Assembly (NCBI GenBank): GCA_951406725.2
Contig: OX597821.1
Span: forward strand, 82,274,001 to 82,338,000
Length of the DNA stretch: 64,000 nt
Direction: 5' to 3'
DNA from: Octopus vulgaris
Taxonomy: Eukaryota
The number at the start of each line of letters is the position of its first letter. Position 1 is the stretch's first letter. The notes below the pieces were generated by a model that worked only from the letters and a program-made list of their open reading frames with translations, was not told where the DNA came from and ran no database searches. This document shows, piece after piece, positions 13,453 through 27,045 of the stretch. A program made the position numbers and the translations under genes.

Positions 13453-14284
13453 ATTTCTGCCAGCTCGCCGTCATGTAATGTTATAAATATTAATATATGA
13501 ATATATATGCACATACATTTATAGACCAAAACATAAACATATGTAAACAGAAACGCACACATACACATTAATTGTATGAAGACATAAGCTTACACAGAGA
13601 GACATTAATCTATAGAATGTCGATATTGCATACAATACTAAGTAAACTATTTGTCACTAATAATATATCACCCAACCTCTCCTGTTTTACTTTAGTCTTG
13701 GCTCTATAGCTAAGTTATCTTTATTGGGAATTTCCTTGAGAAATTGACTTCATTCTTGATATTCATTTACACAGACATATGCAGTCATGCAGAAAATATG
13801 GAAAATACATGGAGCGTTAAGGTGCAAGCTGCAGTCAGGATTTTTATGGTATATTGATGTATGTATCATATTGATGTGTCTATAGTTATATGTGGATGCG
13901 TATGTATGTGTCTATGTACTTGTGTATTTGTATGGCTGTAAATTAGTAAATATGTACAGAAATATATATATGGGTACCTGAATTAATCAAAATACAAACA
14001 ATTATGAAAATATTTCCTGTGTTGGTCTGTTGATGGATTTATGCACATACATAGGCATGCATAAATATGGTATAAATATAGTTTCAGGTTCAGTCCCACT
14101 GCGTGACACCTTGGAGAAGTGTTTTATACTACAAGCCCAGGTCAACCAGTCTTAGGAGTGGAGCTGGTAAACAGAAACCAAAAGAAGCCCAATGTTTATG
14201 AATATATACATACACACACACACACATACACACACACACACACACACATACACACACACACACATATAGGACCACACTTAAATT

Positions 14285-14605
14285 ATGAATGACCATGGGT
14301 TTGCACCTAGAAAGTTACCCTCTGAGGCACAAGTCCTGGCAAAGTTGTTCTGTATGGAAGACCAGCAGTCACCCATGCATACCAGCATCCCCTCCACACT
14401 CCACCGATCTTATCCAAGGGAAATGCAAAGGCTGATACAGCTTGGTGCCAGTGATGTCACAACTCATTTCTACAACTGAGCGAACTGTAGTAATGTGAAA
14501 TAAAGTGTCTTACTCAAGAACACAGCATACAACCCAGTGCAAGAATTGAACTCACTACCTTATGATTGTGAGCCCATCGCTCTGACCACAGAGCCATGCA
14601 CCTTT
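14285..14605 (-). mobile_element. tRNA-derived SINE with V-domain-like core
   Basis: The - strand has a tRNA head followed by GTGTTCTTGAGTAAGACACTTTATTTCAC. It lies head-to-head with the SINE at 14606. Confidence 0.65.
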
Positions 14606-14974
14606 ATGGCCCAGTGGTTAGGGCAGCGGACTCGCAGTCATAGGATCACGGTTTCGATTCCCAGACCAGGCGTTGTGAGTGTTTATTGAGCGAAAACACC
14701 TAAAGCTCCACGAGGCTCCAGCAGGGAATGGTGGTGATCCCTGCTGTACTCTTTCACCACAACTTTCTCTCACTCTTACTTCCTGTTTCTCTTGTACTTG
14801 TATTTCAAAGGGCCGGCCTTGTCACTCTCTGTGCCACGCTGAATATCCCCGAGAACTACGTTAAGGGTACATGTGTCTGTGGAGTGCTCAGCCACTTACA
14901 CATTAATTTCACGAGCGGGCTGTTCCGTTGATTCGGATCAACCGGAACCCTTGTCATCGTAACCGACGGAGTGC
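14606..14974 (+). mobile_element. tRNA-derived SINE, family C
   Basis: TGGCCCAGTGGTTAGG A-box, GGTTTCGATTCCC B-box, body ending TAACCGACGGAGTGC. Confidence 0.88.
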
Positions 14975-15000
14975 TTCCAATATATATACATACATATATA

Positions 15001-15520
15001 ATGATTTGGGATAGAGAAGAGAAACTGCGCACAGTTGTAGAAATTATTGCCCAGAGGATGTTAACATAAAACTGAAGATCAGTGAAAAAGAGAACACCCA
15101 CGCTGAACTATTGAGAAATCTGCAGTTACTCTATCCAGATTACAAGTTCAGGTTTATGACTGTAATTATTGGGGCCCTGGAATATGTAACACACTACCTA
15201 AATACCAATCTTGAGAAATTAGGCTTCTCAAAACCAGAATGGAGAAAGCTGATTCGAAGACTACAGATCCAGTCCATCACTGGAACTGCAATAATCTGTA
15301 AACCATTCCAGAAGTTTATCATTTAAAAATATATGATATGCAACTATATGCATGAGGATACATACATAAAAACATACAAATTTGCACATACATACATACA
15401 TACATATATACATACAAAAATACCCTGTTGTTAATGGTGAAATTCCAACGAAGGAACCTTGGATCTAGGTTAGAAACCGATTTTTCTCTATTGGCAAGAA
15501 ATCTTGAAATAAACTGAATA
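15001..15520 (+). mobile_element. 3' fragment of an R4/Dong-like non-LTR retrotransposon (restriction-like endonuclease C-terminus plus 3' UTR)
   Basis: MIWDREEKLRTVVEI, then after a frameshift AELLRNLQLLYPDYKFRFMTVIIGALEYV...LQIQSITGTAIICK. This matches the RLE-end pattern (PD)..E..K..Y..L....P.IIGALG. Confidence 0.75.
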
Positions 15521-15967
15521 TACAAGTATGCAGATGAGTGGATATTGTCTCCTTGTTTTGATCCCATGTGCTAGTCGTCTGTAGCACCATCATGCAAGTG
15601 GTGTCCATTTCTATTCATGGCTAAATATTACCTAGCTAAAAACCAGATGAAGGTCAGCACCAAGGAGGGCATTGGGCCATAGAAAATCTACTTCAACACA
15701 GTCCATCCAACCCATATGAGCAAGAAAAAAATGAACATAAAATTGATGATGATGAAACATACACATGCATATATATGTACATATGTGTGTGTGTGTGTGT
15801 GTGTGTGCGTGTATATATATATGTATATGTATGTATGTATGTGTATATATATATAAAAATTATAAACTATAAATGGAAACAAAATAATAAATTGAATAAT
15901 TGAATCAATAAAGGGATAAATTCAATCCAGTTTTATTAGTTCTATAAACACAAAGGACAAATCAAGT

Positions 15968-16182
15968 TCCACCCATCCATCCATCCACCCACCCATCCAC
16001 CCATCCATCCATCCACCCACATCCCATCCATCCATCCATCCACCCAACCATCCCTCCATCCACCCACCCACCCATCCACCCATCCATCCACCCACCCACC
16101 CATCCATCCATCCATCCACCCAACCATCCCTCCATCCATCCACCCACCCATCCATCCATCCATCCATCCATCCACCCATCCA
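15968..16182. repeat. (CCAT/CCAC)n tetranucleotide repeat
   Basis: Seen directly in the sequence. Confidence 0.95.
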
Positions 16183-16190
16183 TATATATA

Positions 16191-16416
16191 CTCTTTTACT
16201 CATTTACTTGTTTCAGTCATTTGACTGTGGCCATGTTGGAGCACCGCCTTTAGTCGAGCAACTCAACCCCAGGACTTATTCTTTGTAAGCCTAGTATTTA
16301 TTATATTGGTTTCTTCTGCCGAACCGCTAAGTTACGGGGATGTAAACACACCAGCATCGGTTGTCAATTGATGTTAGGGGGACAAATACAGAAACACAAA
16401 CATATACACAAACACA

Positions 16417-16480
<64 letters not shown>

Positions 16481-16960
16481 TAGATAGATATAGAGAAATA
16501 CTAAATTTCTAAATCTCTCGTAGAGACATGTACGGTGGTGGGGCGATAGAATGGTTGTATACTGTCAATCTAACACGAACGTGACAGTAGGGGGTACGCC
16601 ACCACTGTTTAGCCCTAGGAAGCTTTGACGCCTCCTGATGGCTTTGACACATTTTTCCTGTGTCCTTATATACATTTACAAAGGGGAGACAAACACCTTC
16701 GTAAATGTATATAAGGACACAGGAAAAATGTGTCAAAGCCATCAGGAGGTGTCAATGCTTCCTAGAGCTAAACAGCGGTGGTGTACCCCCTACTGTCACG
16801 TTCGTGTTAGATTGATAGATATATATATATACACATATATAAGACAGGCTTCTTTCAGTTTCCGTTGACCAAATCCACTCACAAGGCTTTGGTATTAGAC
16901 ACTTGCCCAAGGTGCCATGCAGTGGGGCTAAACCCGGAACCATGTGGTTCGTAAGCAAGA
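16191..16960 (-). mobile_element. family A SINE split at its internal microsatellite by a palindromic insert
   Basis: The 3' half (16191-16400) and 5' half (16845-16960) match the reverse complement of 10464-10871. Confidence 0.8.
16562..16818. repeat. long inverted repeat (123-bp arms, 11-nt loop)
   Basis: 16562-16684 versus the reverse complement of 16696-16818 shows 7 mismatches by manual alignment. Confidence 0.95.
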
Positions 16961-16972
16961 ACACACATTGGG

Positions 16973-17205
16973 TTTAAAATTTAAAACAGCTGTTTTGATA
17001 GAATTTTAATGATGCATTCAAAGATTACATCATAAAATATAATCCACCATCTTCAGGTAAAATATTAAACAGGTATCAAACAGGTGAGATGCATTGATCT
17101 TGATGAATCCAGCCAACACTTTTGAAGGTGGTAGTTTATATGTTATGATGTAATCTGTGAATAGATCAATAAAATTCTACCAAAACTGGTGTAGTAAATT
17201 TTAAA
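16973..17205. mobile_element. foldback-type MITE (~82-bp imperfect arms)
   Basis: GTTTTGATAGAATTTT..AGATTACATCATAA..CTTCA mirrors TGAAG..TTATGATGTAATCT..AAAATTCTACCAAAAC. Confidence 0.75.
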
Positions 17206-17467
17206 TAAAAGTTGTCTTCTCTTTATACCTACACCACACCTAGAACTAACCCCTGAGTCAGATCTACAGTTTAAATTGGATTTGATCCATACCTACAGCA
17301 TCCTACCAACACTTGATACCTTCATTGTTGTGCGACTTCACTGTGAACCCTATGTACCTCGCCATTTCTAACATCCCACATGTTGATGTGCCTAAGTTCT
17401 ATTGAAACATAACTAATCTATCTGTATTAATATATAATATATATAAATATATATATGTGTGTGTGTG

Positions 17468-18179
17468 TGTAGCGAATCTTGCATGCATGAAGCGGATTCG
17501 AACCACCTCAGCCAAATTTAAATTAGCACTGCTACAGAACTTTTACCACGATGGAACAATGGTTTTTTCTCTGACAGCAGTTTTTACATTTTCCAGATGC
17601 CTTTTAGGTTGGCCAAAATAATGTCTTCACTACTTGACCCTTTCTAACCACTTCTACTTCACCAAAAGCTAGAATAGATAACAAGACCACCAACTAAATC
17701 TATTGTTCTCAATGATATATCTATCCTTCTGGATCTTAATATAAGCAAGCACATCCCAAGCAAAAATCAGTTAGTCACCAACGGGTGACAGCTCAACGAG
17801 GTCTGGCTGACCAACCTTGGTCAGAGGGAGAAATAAAGTTTACTGTCAGACAACACCCAACACTTCACTCTAGCTCTAATACTGTTCTCTTACAACATCT
17901 TTCTATCTCTCTCTGAAATTACTACTAACAATTTCTGTACACCAAACCAAGCACAAAATATTCTTCCACATTTAACTTTTCTTTCGCATGCTTTTGGATT
18001 TATCACAACCTGCCCGTCGAGGCAAGGTATTTGTAACGTAACGGTAAATAAAACATTTCCTTAAAACATTATGCATTGTCTAGCCTTCACAACTTAACAT
18101 CCTACAGTTTACCATTATAACAACAAATCTTTATCGTTACAACAATATTTCTACCGTTACAATTAAAATTGCTGCCATT

Positions 18180-18182
<3 letters not shown>
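17468..18182. mobile_element. possible solo LTR or TGT...ACA element
   Basis: A complex ~715-bp block beginning TGTAG and ending TTACA, with internal AATAAA motifs, bounded by (TG)n and (CA)n. No TSD can be resolved. Confidence 0.3.
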
Positions 18183-18212
<30 letters not shown>

Positions 18213-19689
18213 CATATGTATATATATATGTGTGTATATATATATCAACATCATCTTATGTGTATGTGTGTGTGTGTGTGTGTAGGCAGTTGATTGGTAG
18301 AGAGTAGTTAGAACATCAGATAGAGTGCTTTGTATTAATAGTAATCATTGTAGCTTTCTGCCTTCTGCCTTTCATCCTTTGCTTCAAATCTATATATTAG
18401 TGTGTATTGCAAGACACAGCTAGGTTTCTTTTTTAAACATTTTACCTAATGTGTGAAAATCAAAATAGGAATTTTGAATGAAGTATCTATAAAACAAGTT
18501 TTTAAACATCAAATGGTTGTGGGAGTCCACCAGAATAAAATAGTAATCAAAGGGGTCCATATGGAGAAAATGGTTGAGACCCCTTGATCTATAGAAACCA
18601 TGCCGAAGCTGACATTGGAGATTAACACTGCCCTGTGATTCACCAGATCTTGTCATGCCATCCATTCCATATCAACATGGAAAATTGACATTAGATAATT
18701 ATAATGATGATGATGTCAATGCCATCTGCGCCACCTATGCTGCTGACACCACAAATGTTAACAATATTGAACGGGCTGAAATGCTGTTGTAAATTCCATG
18801 CCCTTTATAAAAGTAGTTAGGATGTGATTGTGGGATGTAAGAAAATGACAGACATTGATACAAGTGCTCCAAGTATGAGATTCACTTGGTTGGAATTGAT
18901 GTAAATTAACCAATCAAATATATTAAAAATAGGAGCTCATTGGAGCCTATTTTGGAGACAGTGAATTTATATTAAGTCTAGTTTACTGCTCCCACATTTA
19001 GAGTTTGACAACCTCATCTGGCTGACAATTCCAGCAAGCATGCTTCAAGACAGCTCTTGATTCTCTCTCATTCTCACCTCTTCTTTCTCATATACACATT
19101 TTCTAACATTGTACATACTTTTTTTTCTCAATTATATAAACTATACAAGGACTTTTCATATATATTTTCCCCAGCTGAATTTTCAATGTTTTCTGCATCT
19201 CCTAAATACTGAACTCTGACCAGGTGAATATTATAGCTAAATGTTAATAACATCTATATAAAACAAAGTTTTGTTTTTCGCAAGCAAATTAACCTAATGT
19301 TACAAAAATTGGAAATGTTTTAAAGAAAAACCAAAAGCAATGTAGTTCCAGATGAGTGTTCTGCAATATTTTTCCATTTTTGGTACACTTACACTTATTT
19401 CAAAATTTGGCAGCACACCTGAGCTAAAAATATAACTAAAAGTATAGAGAAAAACATTGTTTTCAGTTTACACTGTGACACATGTAGCATTGTCTTGTGG
19501 TACACCAATGTGCTGCAGCATACCGGTTGTAGAGCATTGAACTAGAGGAGTCAGTTGGCAGTGCCATAAGCTAAGAAGTCGAAGTCAGTAGTGCTATAAA
19601 CTGAGGAGTCAGAGTCAGTCTGGAGTATCATAAACTAGAGCAGTGTTCTTCAACCCATTTTACTATTATATGAAGCTAAAATATAAACG

Positions 19690-20330
19690 TAATATCAAAT
19701 ATAAGACATTGAAGGACATCGTGGACAAACCACAAAACTGGTGATGATATATTAAGAAGAGCAAAAACTTAGAAAATGCTGAAATGAGAGATCAGAAAAT
19801 CTTATAAACGCAGAAAGTTTTAAAAACCTTTGTATTTCAGGTGCAAACTCCTAACTTCAGAACAATACAGTCAAAGAAATGTCTTTACATAGATTCTGCC
19901 CCTTTGGATGGCCTGGAGTTAGCAGCAGCAGCAACTTCCCAAATGTTGGTGTAGGAGTTAGAAAATGCTTTTAGAACACTATCTCAAAGCAAATCAAAAT
20001 ATTTTGAACACTTAATTAGCAAAATTGGTTTAATGTGACCAATAACAGAATACAATAAAAAAAAATTTTTTAAATAAGAAAAACTGAGAATTATGTTCAT
20101 AGATAGTATAAAGGATTAGACAGAGGTACATCATAAGAAAGACCAAGGTAGTGGTTCAAGGCTTAACAGAGCTGAGAGTAGATGACTTCTAATGACAATG
20201 ATACATCAGCACTAACCTCCACATGTGTCTTTTCCCATGCAGAGTTAATGAAACAGTCATCAAATTCATAGTACTGCTGCTGTTTACAGTGGCAAACTAC
20301 CAGAGACTGTGGTACCTACATACAACCAAA
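19690..20330 (+). pseudogene. highly degraded RTE-like RT relic
   Basis: Fragments QMLV*ELENAFRTLSQSKS (compare EVE.A...L..GKS.G) and a RIRQRYI segment (compare GVRQG), with many stops. Confidence 0.45.
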
Positions 20331-20382
20331 TGAGCTATATCAGTTTTAGTTAAGTATATGAACTGTAGATATCCCAAATATG

Positions 20383-20801
20383 TAGTGCTGGATTAACCCA
20401 ATAAGCAAAATAAGCACATGTTTAGGGCATCAAGGGTCGGGGGCACTACAGAAATGAAAATAGTTTACGGCACAAAAGAAATCACTTTAAATTTGCTAAA
20501 ATAACATTCGTAATGCCTTATCTCTACCAAGTATAGAAGCAGAAATTTTATGTAAAATTAATTTTAATGAGATCATTGAACACTTTGCAATTAAAAAAGG
20601 GAAAGGAGAAAATTTTTCAAATATAAATAAAATGGAAGCATACAAAAATAAACATTATTTTCCATCTGTGAATTTTTTTTCTTCTGAAAAAAAAAATTCA
20701 TTTAATGATTTATTATTGCTTGCATTTTGAATTATTTTTGTTTACATTTCACCAAAACCTTTTAAGTGCTTAGGGCCTCTGTGGGTCTTAATCTGGCCCT
20801 G
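20383..20801. mobile_element. hAT-type MITE with 8-bp TSD
   Basis: TIRs TAGTGCTGGATTAA / TTAATCTGGCCCTG. TSD CAAATATG / CACATATG (7/8). Confidence 0.8.
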
Positions 20802-21242
20802 CACATATGTATCACAGCCTAATCCACTCTTCAAATTGTGTGTTACATTTTTCCAATTTATAAAAACTCTGAATTCCATTCGAAATGTAAGCATGTGTCC
20901 TCTCATGGACATGCTTACAAAGTCAAAAAACAACACAGCACCCATGACTTTTGGAAACATTTTTTTTTTACATTCAGAATTGCTGAAACATGGAGTAAAG
21001 CTGTTGAGACACTACATCTTTCGAAACTTCCATGCTTCCTGAAATTTGCCAAAAGTACATCTGATTCCCCCACCCCATTCTTCTTTTTTTAAACAACTCA
21101 TCCACTGTCCACTTCCTGTACATTATTCTATGTACTGTTCATGCACTTTTGGTTACTTTTTCTGATGAGTTGTAGTGCACCTGAGCACTGTATACAATAA
21201 GTTCATTATAATTTAGGTTTTTCTTTTTACCTTTATTTTTCA

Positions 21243-21600
21243 GCATGACTGTGTAGTTTAGGAGCCCACTTTGCAACCATGAGGTTTTGAGTTCAGAAAC
21301 ACTGTGAAGCACCTTGGGTAGATGTTTTCTGCTACAGCTAAGTTTTCTGCCTTGTGAGAGATTTTGGTTGACAGAAACTATGTGGAAGCCCATAATATGT
21401 GTGTGTGTGTGTGTGTGTGTGTATACATATGTGAATGTATGTGTGTATCTTCATTTTAGTGTTTGTCCTTCACTACCACTTGTCAACCAGTGTTGGCTTT
21501 TTTATGTCCCTGGAACTTAGTGATTCAGCAAAAAAGACTGATAGAATATGCACCAGACTTAAAAACAAGTACTAAAATCAATTTGTATGATCAAATCCTT
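21243..21600 (+). mobile_element. diverged family A SINE
   Basis: Head, GCACCTTGGGTAG core, TG microsatellite and 3' half are all recognisable. Confidence 0.7.
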
Positions 21601-22182
21601 CAAGGTAATCAAACAAAAAGTAAAGTTACCTTCTGAGTCATGTCAACTCATAAGGGCTGGTTTTTCAGTTTCCATGGCATATAAATACCCCCACATAGAC
21701 AGGACGCTGTTCCAGCACAGGATTACTTGTTTTTACCATCTGAGTGGATTGGAATAATGTGAAATGAAGTGTTTTGCTCAAGAACACATGTCGCTTGGTC
21801 CAGGAATCGAAACCACAATCTTATGATCATTAGTTCAACCACTAAGCCTCCAGCATGGCTACAGTCCAGTGACTGAAACAAGTAAGAGATAAAACAGAGT
21901 TGCTCAACTGGTGAGATTAAGCTGCTGAATAATTGAACCAATGTACAAGTTTATGAGTTCAAGTCATAGGCATTCATTATGTTGTGAACTCCAAAGGAAA
22001 GAGCTGTTATGTAGCTTGCTTCAGTAACACCAGGAAAGAAGTTAGAACCAGTGGTAGGAGTGGGTCATGTAAGATTTTGTTGTTAGAATTTACATGCAAT
22101 AAATTGGTTATGCATCTACAATGCATAAACTATATTAACAACCCTTTTTTTATACAATTCCTAATAATATTTAATTATTTAA

Positions 22183-22395
22183 GGTGGCGAGTTGACAAAA
22201 TTGTTAGCATACTGATTGAAATGCTTTGTGGTGTTTCATCCATTTTCACATTCTGAGTTCAAATTTTCCCAAGGTCGACTTTACCTTTTATCCTTTCAGG
22301 GTCGATAAAATAAGTACCAGTTGAGTACTGGAGCTAATGTAATTGACTTAACCTCACCCCTGAAATTACTGGCCTTGTGCCAAAATTTGAAATCA
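22183..22395 (+). mobile_element. family B SINE
   Basis: AAGGTCGACTTTACCTTTTATCCTTTCAGGGTCGATAAAATAAGTACCAG core. Confidence 0.75.
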
Positions 22396-22435
22396 ATAAT
22401 ATTTAATTATAAAAATATAATAGGATTTTTTTTAA

Positions 22436-22646
22436 CCCTTTAGCTTTCAGATTACCCTGTCAAATGTAGTGCTTACATATTCACATCACTTTAAATTAAT
22501 CATGAATTATTTCATAGCTTTGAGATTTTGATGATGTGATTGTTTATTTGCAAAATGACCCTGTAGGATAAGTGTGAAAGGCCAAATCTGAGCATAAAAC
22601 AGATTGAGTATTTGGACTAGATGTGGCAAGTTTAAATGCTAAAGAG
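22436..22646. mobile_element. piggyBac-type MITE
   Basis: TTAA|CCCTTTAGC ... GCTAAAGAG|TTAA. A second copy lies in the opposite orientation at 50963-51182. Confidence 0.8.
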
Positions 22647-24796
22647 TTAAACATTGAATGGCTTCAAGGGTCCACCCAAGTGACGTAGGAATCAAAGAGG
22701 TCCTCAGGTAAAAGAAATGGTCAAGAACTGCAGATTTAGATCATGACAACTGTCCAATCTATACCAGTATGGATAAAAAATATATGGCTGCAAGAATGAT
22801 GAAGATGGTGAAACATACCACCACTGTCATCTCATAGTTGAGTGGTAGGAAAGACAATTCTTTATGTTTTTCAGTAATAATTATACAGGGCCGTCAGCAG
22901 TTTGGAAATTATCCAAGTTTGGAAATAAAAGGAAAGAAAAACAAGTAAAACAGATGTGAAGAAAATTATTTAAAAAAAAAAAACTGAATGAAAAATTAAT
23001 CGAAAGCTAAGAACTTGATCTTCTTCGATTATTATACCAAGAATTGTCTAGTTTGGTTCGTAAATTCCTTAATATTGACAAATACATGTTCAATATTTGA
23101 CACATGATCAATATTTGCTGTAAATTCAATGCCTTAGAAATAAAATGAAATACGACATATCAAATGAAAATAAAATAATAAAATAAAAGAGGCAAAAACG
23201 GGGAAAAAGAAATACTTAAGTTCAAGCTGAGAATTTGTGCAGAATAAATAGACTTCACAGAATAAATCTTTAATTGGAAAGAAATTGAAGGTTTATTGTC
23301 GGTAATAGACAGAATTGTTTACGACATAGCTTTCTTATTCACCTCTGGCTCATAGCATTAAAAGAAAAAATGTGTGACTAACATTGAGGATCTCAGAGCA
23401 AATCTTTTGGAAACCGTTTTTTTTAAAACTTATTTTATTTTTGCTTTACACTTTCTTGTTTTCTTTTCTCACTATTTTCTTTTTTCAAAAATATCAAAAA
23501 TTTCAAGACATCAAAACAAGAATAAATACATACATACATACATACATACATACATACATACATACATACATACATACATACATACATACATACATACGTG
23601 TGTGTATATATATATATTTAAATTTTAATATTTTTTCATAAAATTTTTGTTTGATGATAGCTTCTTAGTTGGTTTCTTTTGATGTTTTTTTTATTCAAAA
23701 ATACATTTTTATTCTTTCAATCATTTTTTTTTTTCAAAAATAAATAAGGAAATACTCAAACCAAATATTTGACAGAAATATTCTCTCTACAACAACTAAC
23801 ATTACATTGATACTTGTTAATTTTGTTGTTATTGTTGTTGTTAATATTAATAATATTAGTAATAGCATTATATTATTGGATTGACAAAATTGTCAGAGCA
23901 TGAAACAAAAATGTCTTACAGCATTTGAAATGGCTCTTTATGTTCTGAGTTCAAATGCTACCAAAGCCAACATTACCTTTCATCCTTCCAGGAACAATAA
24001 AATAAAGTAGATTTAATTAAAACCCACTCCTCCAGAGTGTTAGGGTTAGGGCAGTGGAAGAAAAAGAAAATCACCTGTGTGATATTTGTTTTGGCTCTTG
24101 ATATTCTGAATTCAACTGTGCCCCTCCCCTCAAAATTGTTAGTCATGTACCTGAACTAGAAACGATTATTGTTGTTGCTGTTGTGATTATTATTAGAGGA
24201 ATTAAGAGGCAAAATCATTAAGGTACATAAATACTTACTTTGCAATATTTAGTTATGTATCCTAATATCCTGAGTTCAAATCCTGTTGGATTCAACTTTA
24301 CCTTTAATCCCTTTGAGGTAAAATAAAGTAAAGTTCAAATCAAGTTGTACTGGAGGTAATTTATCCACTCTAAAATTCGATACCATATCCCCATGTCAGT
24401 AACCAGTCTGAGTTCAAATCCTGCTCAGATTGACTTCATCTTTCATCTTTCCTAGGTCTATAAAACAGTCTTCAAGTACTTATATCAAATATATATATAT
24501 ATATAATTAATATTAGGGAAGTTATTTCCGAGTCCACAGGGGAGAGAAGTTCAATTTAGTGGTACTAAAATGAATTACTCACTGTATTATATACATATAA
24601 ATAGATAGGTTTAAGAGACAGAATCACCCTCAAGCAAAAATCGAAATTGAAATCGATCAACATCAATGGAAATTGTAGCTGTGATACCAGTGCCGGTGGC
24701 ACGTAAGCGAACCATCCGAACATGGCTGAAGCACTAGAGTTAACCTATGTAACGTTAACTCTCTTATATTTACGGATATATATATATATATATATC

Positions 24797-25156
24797 AATC
24801 AACATCAATGGAAATTGCAGCTGTGATACCAGTGCCGGTGGTACGTAAAAGAACCATCCGAACGTGGCCGTTGCCAGCGCCGCCCCGACTGGCCTCGTGC
24901 CGGTGGCACGTAAAAAGCACCATCCGATCATGGCCGTTTGCCAGCCTCGTCTGGCACCTGTGCAGGTGGCACATAAAAAGCACCCACTACACTCATGGAA
25001 TGGTTGGCGATAGGAAGGGCATCCAGCTGTAGAAACTTTGCCAGATCAGACTGGACCTGGTGCAGCCTTCTGGCTTCCCAGACCCCAGTTGAACCGTCCA
25101 ACCCATGCTAGCATGGAAGGCGGATGCTAAATGATGATGATGATGATGATGATGAT
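24797..25156 (+). mobile_element. RTE LINE 3' UTR fragment with (GAT)n tail
   Basis: Collinear with 4540-4968. Confidence 0.9.
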
Positions 25157-25949
25157 ATACATATAGGACTAAATATTAAAATTATCAAAATTAATACCTT
25201 CAATTCTTATTACAAATCATATACTTTACATTATCTAGACTACACGCATTTCATGACAACATATTCCTCAATATTGTTGAAAAGTAGGAAAAAGAAATGT
25301 TAATTTATGTGAATGGTAATTTTCTCTCCATGAATTAAACATGGCTACCAGCAATTGTATAATCCAACATTGAGAGCTACTTTGTAGGGGAGATAATTCT
25401 TATTAACATTTAAAAGTTCTTAAAAGGTATTTTCTATTATTTATAATAATAATAAATCAAGAGAAACCAGAAGTGTATGATGGGAATAGTCTAATTTTTT
25501 TCCTGGTTAATTTGATTTATTTTTATATTAACTTTGATAAATAATAAATTTCTAGGTTGGTAAATAGGTAATCTAAATTACTCAACATATAATTTTAGAA
25601 TATTTAAAGATATTTTGAAATAAGTAAAAGTCAGTAAAATTAGTAAAAATCAGTAAAAATATAATTTTTTATTATTTTCATAATTATAATACAATTAATA
25701 TATATTGATTATACTATTATTCTTAAACTTGAGTTTCTAAATTAAGATTAAAAGTTTCAAATAATACCATCAAATATTATACTATAGATTTTTATTAAGA
25801 AACTAAAATATCTGAAATTAGAAGTTAATTTAGTATTATCTTACATTTATATATAAATAATTAGTTATATTCTAGTTATACTAAATAATAAAATATGATT
25901 ATACATTATATATAATTATTATGATTAAATTTTATTTGATTTAAAATTA

Positions 25950-26314
25950 GGATTTTATTTATTTTCTAAAGAATCAAGCGTTATCTCATCTTATTAAATA
26001 GGCAATTCAGTTTATGTTTACATTTAATTTTTCATTCATCCTGGGTGTTGATTGGTCTTATTTTAGCTTTTAATATTCCCATAAATTTGTGTGTACACAG
26101 AAGACAGAATTCATTACCTATTCTATATGATTTCGTTTTACAAATTATTTCCCATTTTAATTTATACTTTATATCTTTAGTTTTTATTTCCCATATATAT
26201 TTACTTAAGCCTGTCGAGTTCATCAATTTTTTATTCTTAAAAGAGTACAAATGCTGAGCCACCCTTTTGTTTAATTTTATTTGATGTTGATCAATGTAAG
26301 TCACATTTTGATTT

Positions 26315-26352
<38 letters not shown>

Positions 26353-26828
26353 GAGTGAGCGAGCAGAGCATGCCATCAAAGTGACACTGGGGTAAAATAT
26401 ACGAAGCCCAGTATACCCATCATGACTACCCGTCTGATAAGGGTACACCAGGCACATGCATCACAACCATATGTGCGCGACATGGTGATCTCATATCAAG
26501 ATAAACAGCACATGACCTTGCAGGTGGAACCCAGTTAGAATTTTCTTCAGATCGAGTAACCCATCCCGCTCAAAAGGTCCCTGAATAAGGGTTGTTTAAG
26601 GACGTTGAACGAAACACCCATGTTTCCAGAGGTGAATTATTCAAACCCCAAAGAATCCTTCTCAACACATGGCTATGATGCTCTCCCACTACTTCTGCTC
26701 ATGATCAGAGATGCACATAACGTCAGCCACTAAGGGACATGCTCAACTGGTTAAGGTCAAACAACTGACAAGCAAATCTGTGGTATTGAGCAGAATATTT
26801 GCTGTAGCCCATCTTTTATACCCATCAT

Positions 26829-26873
<45 letters not shown>

Positions 26874-26874
26874 G

Positions 26875-26920
<46 letters not shown>

Positions 26921-27045
26921 TATTATTATTACTATCATCACCATTATCACTACCACTACTATCTATATTTAGGGTTACCACACATTTATATACTACTTCA
27001 CTCAAGTTACATTTATTATTAAATTTACATTACATTAATAAATTA
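25950..27045 (-). mobile_element. Penelope-like element GIY-YIG fragment, interrupted
   Basis: The - strand reads CKFNNKCNLSEVVYKCVV (~26975-27030), then after an insert TYIDQ..KRVAQHLYSF..STGLSKYIWEIK..LKWEII..CLLC (26032-26320). Confidence 0.8.
26353..26823. mobile_element. unclassified ~470-bp insert flanked by (ATT)n on both sides
   Basis: Complex GC-richer sequence with sharp borders inside an (ATT)n tract within the GIY-YIG fragment. Confidence 0.6.

Noticed and set aside
20217-20315. 99-nt AG/GT-bounded open frame on the - strand (VPQSLVVCHC...KTHVE)
   Set aside because: Weak polypyrimidine tract, no partner exons, and it overlaps a degraded RT relic on the + strand. Exonisation cannot be excluded without RNA-seq.
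26020-26040. TGA in the PLE C-terminus as possible selenocysteine
   Set aside because: It is not at a conserved Cys position and the copy is otherwise degraded.
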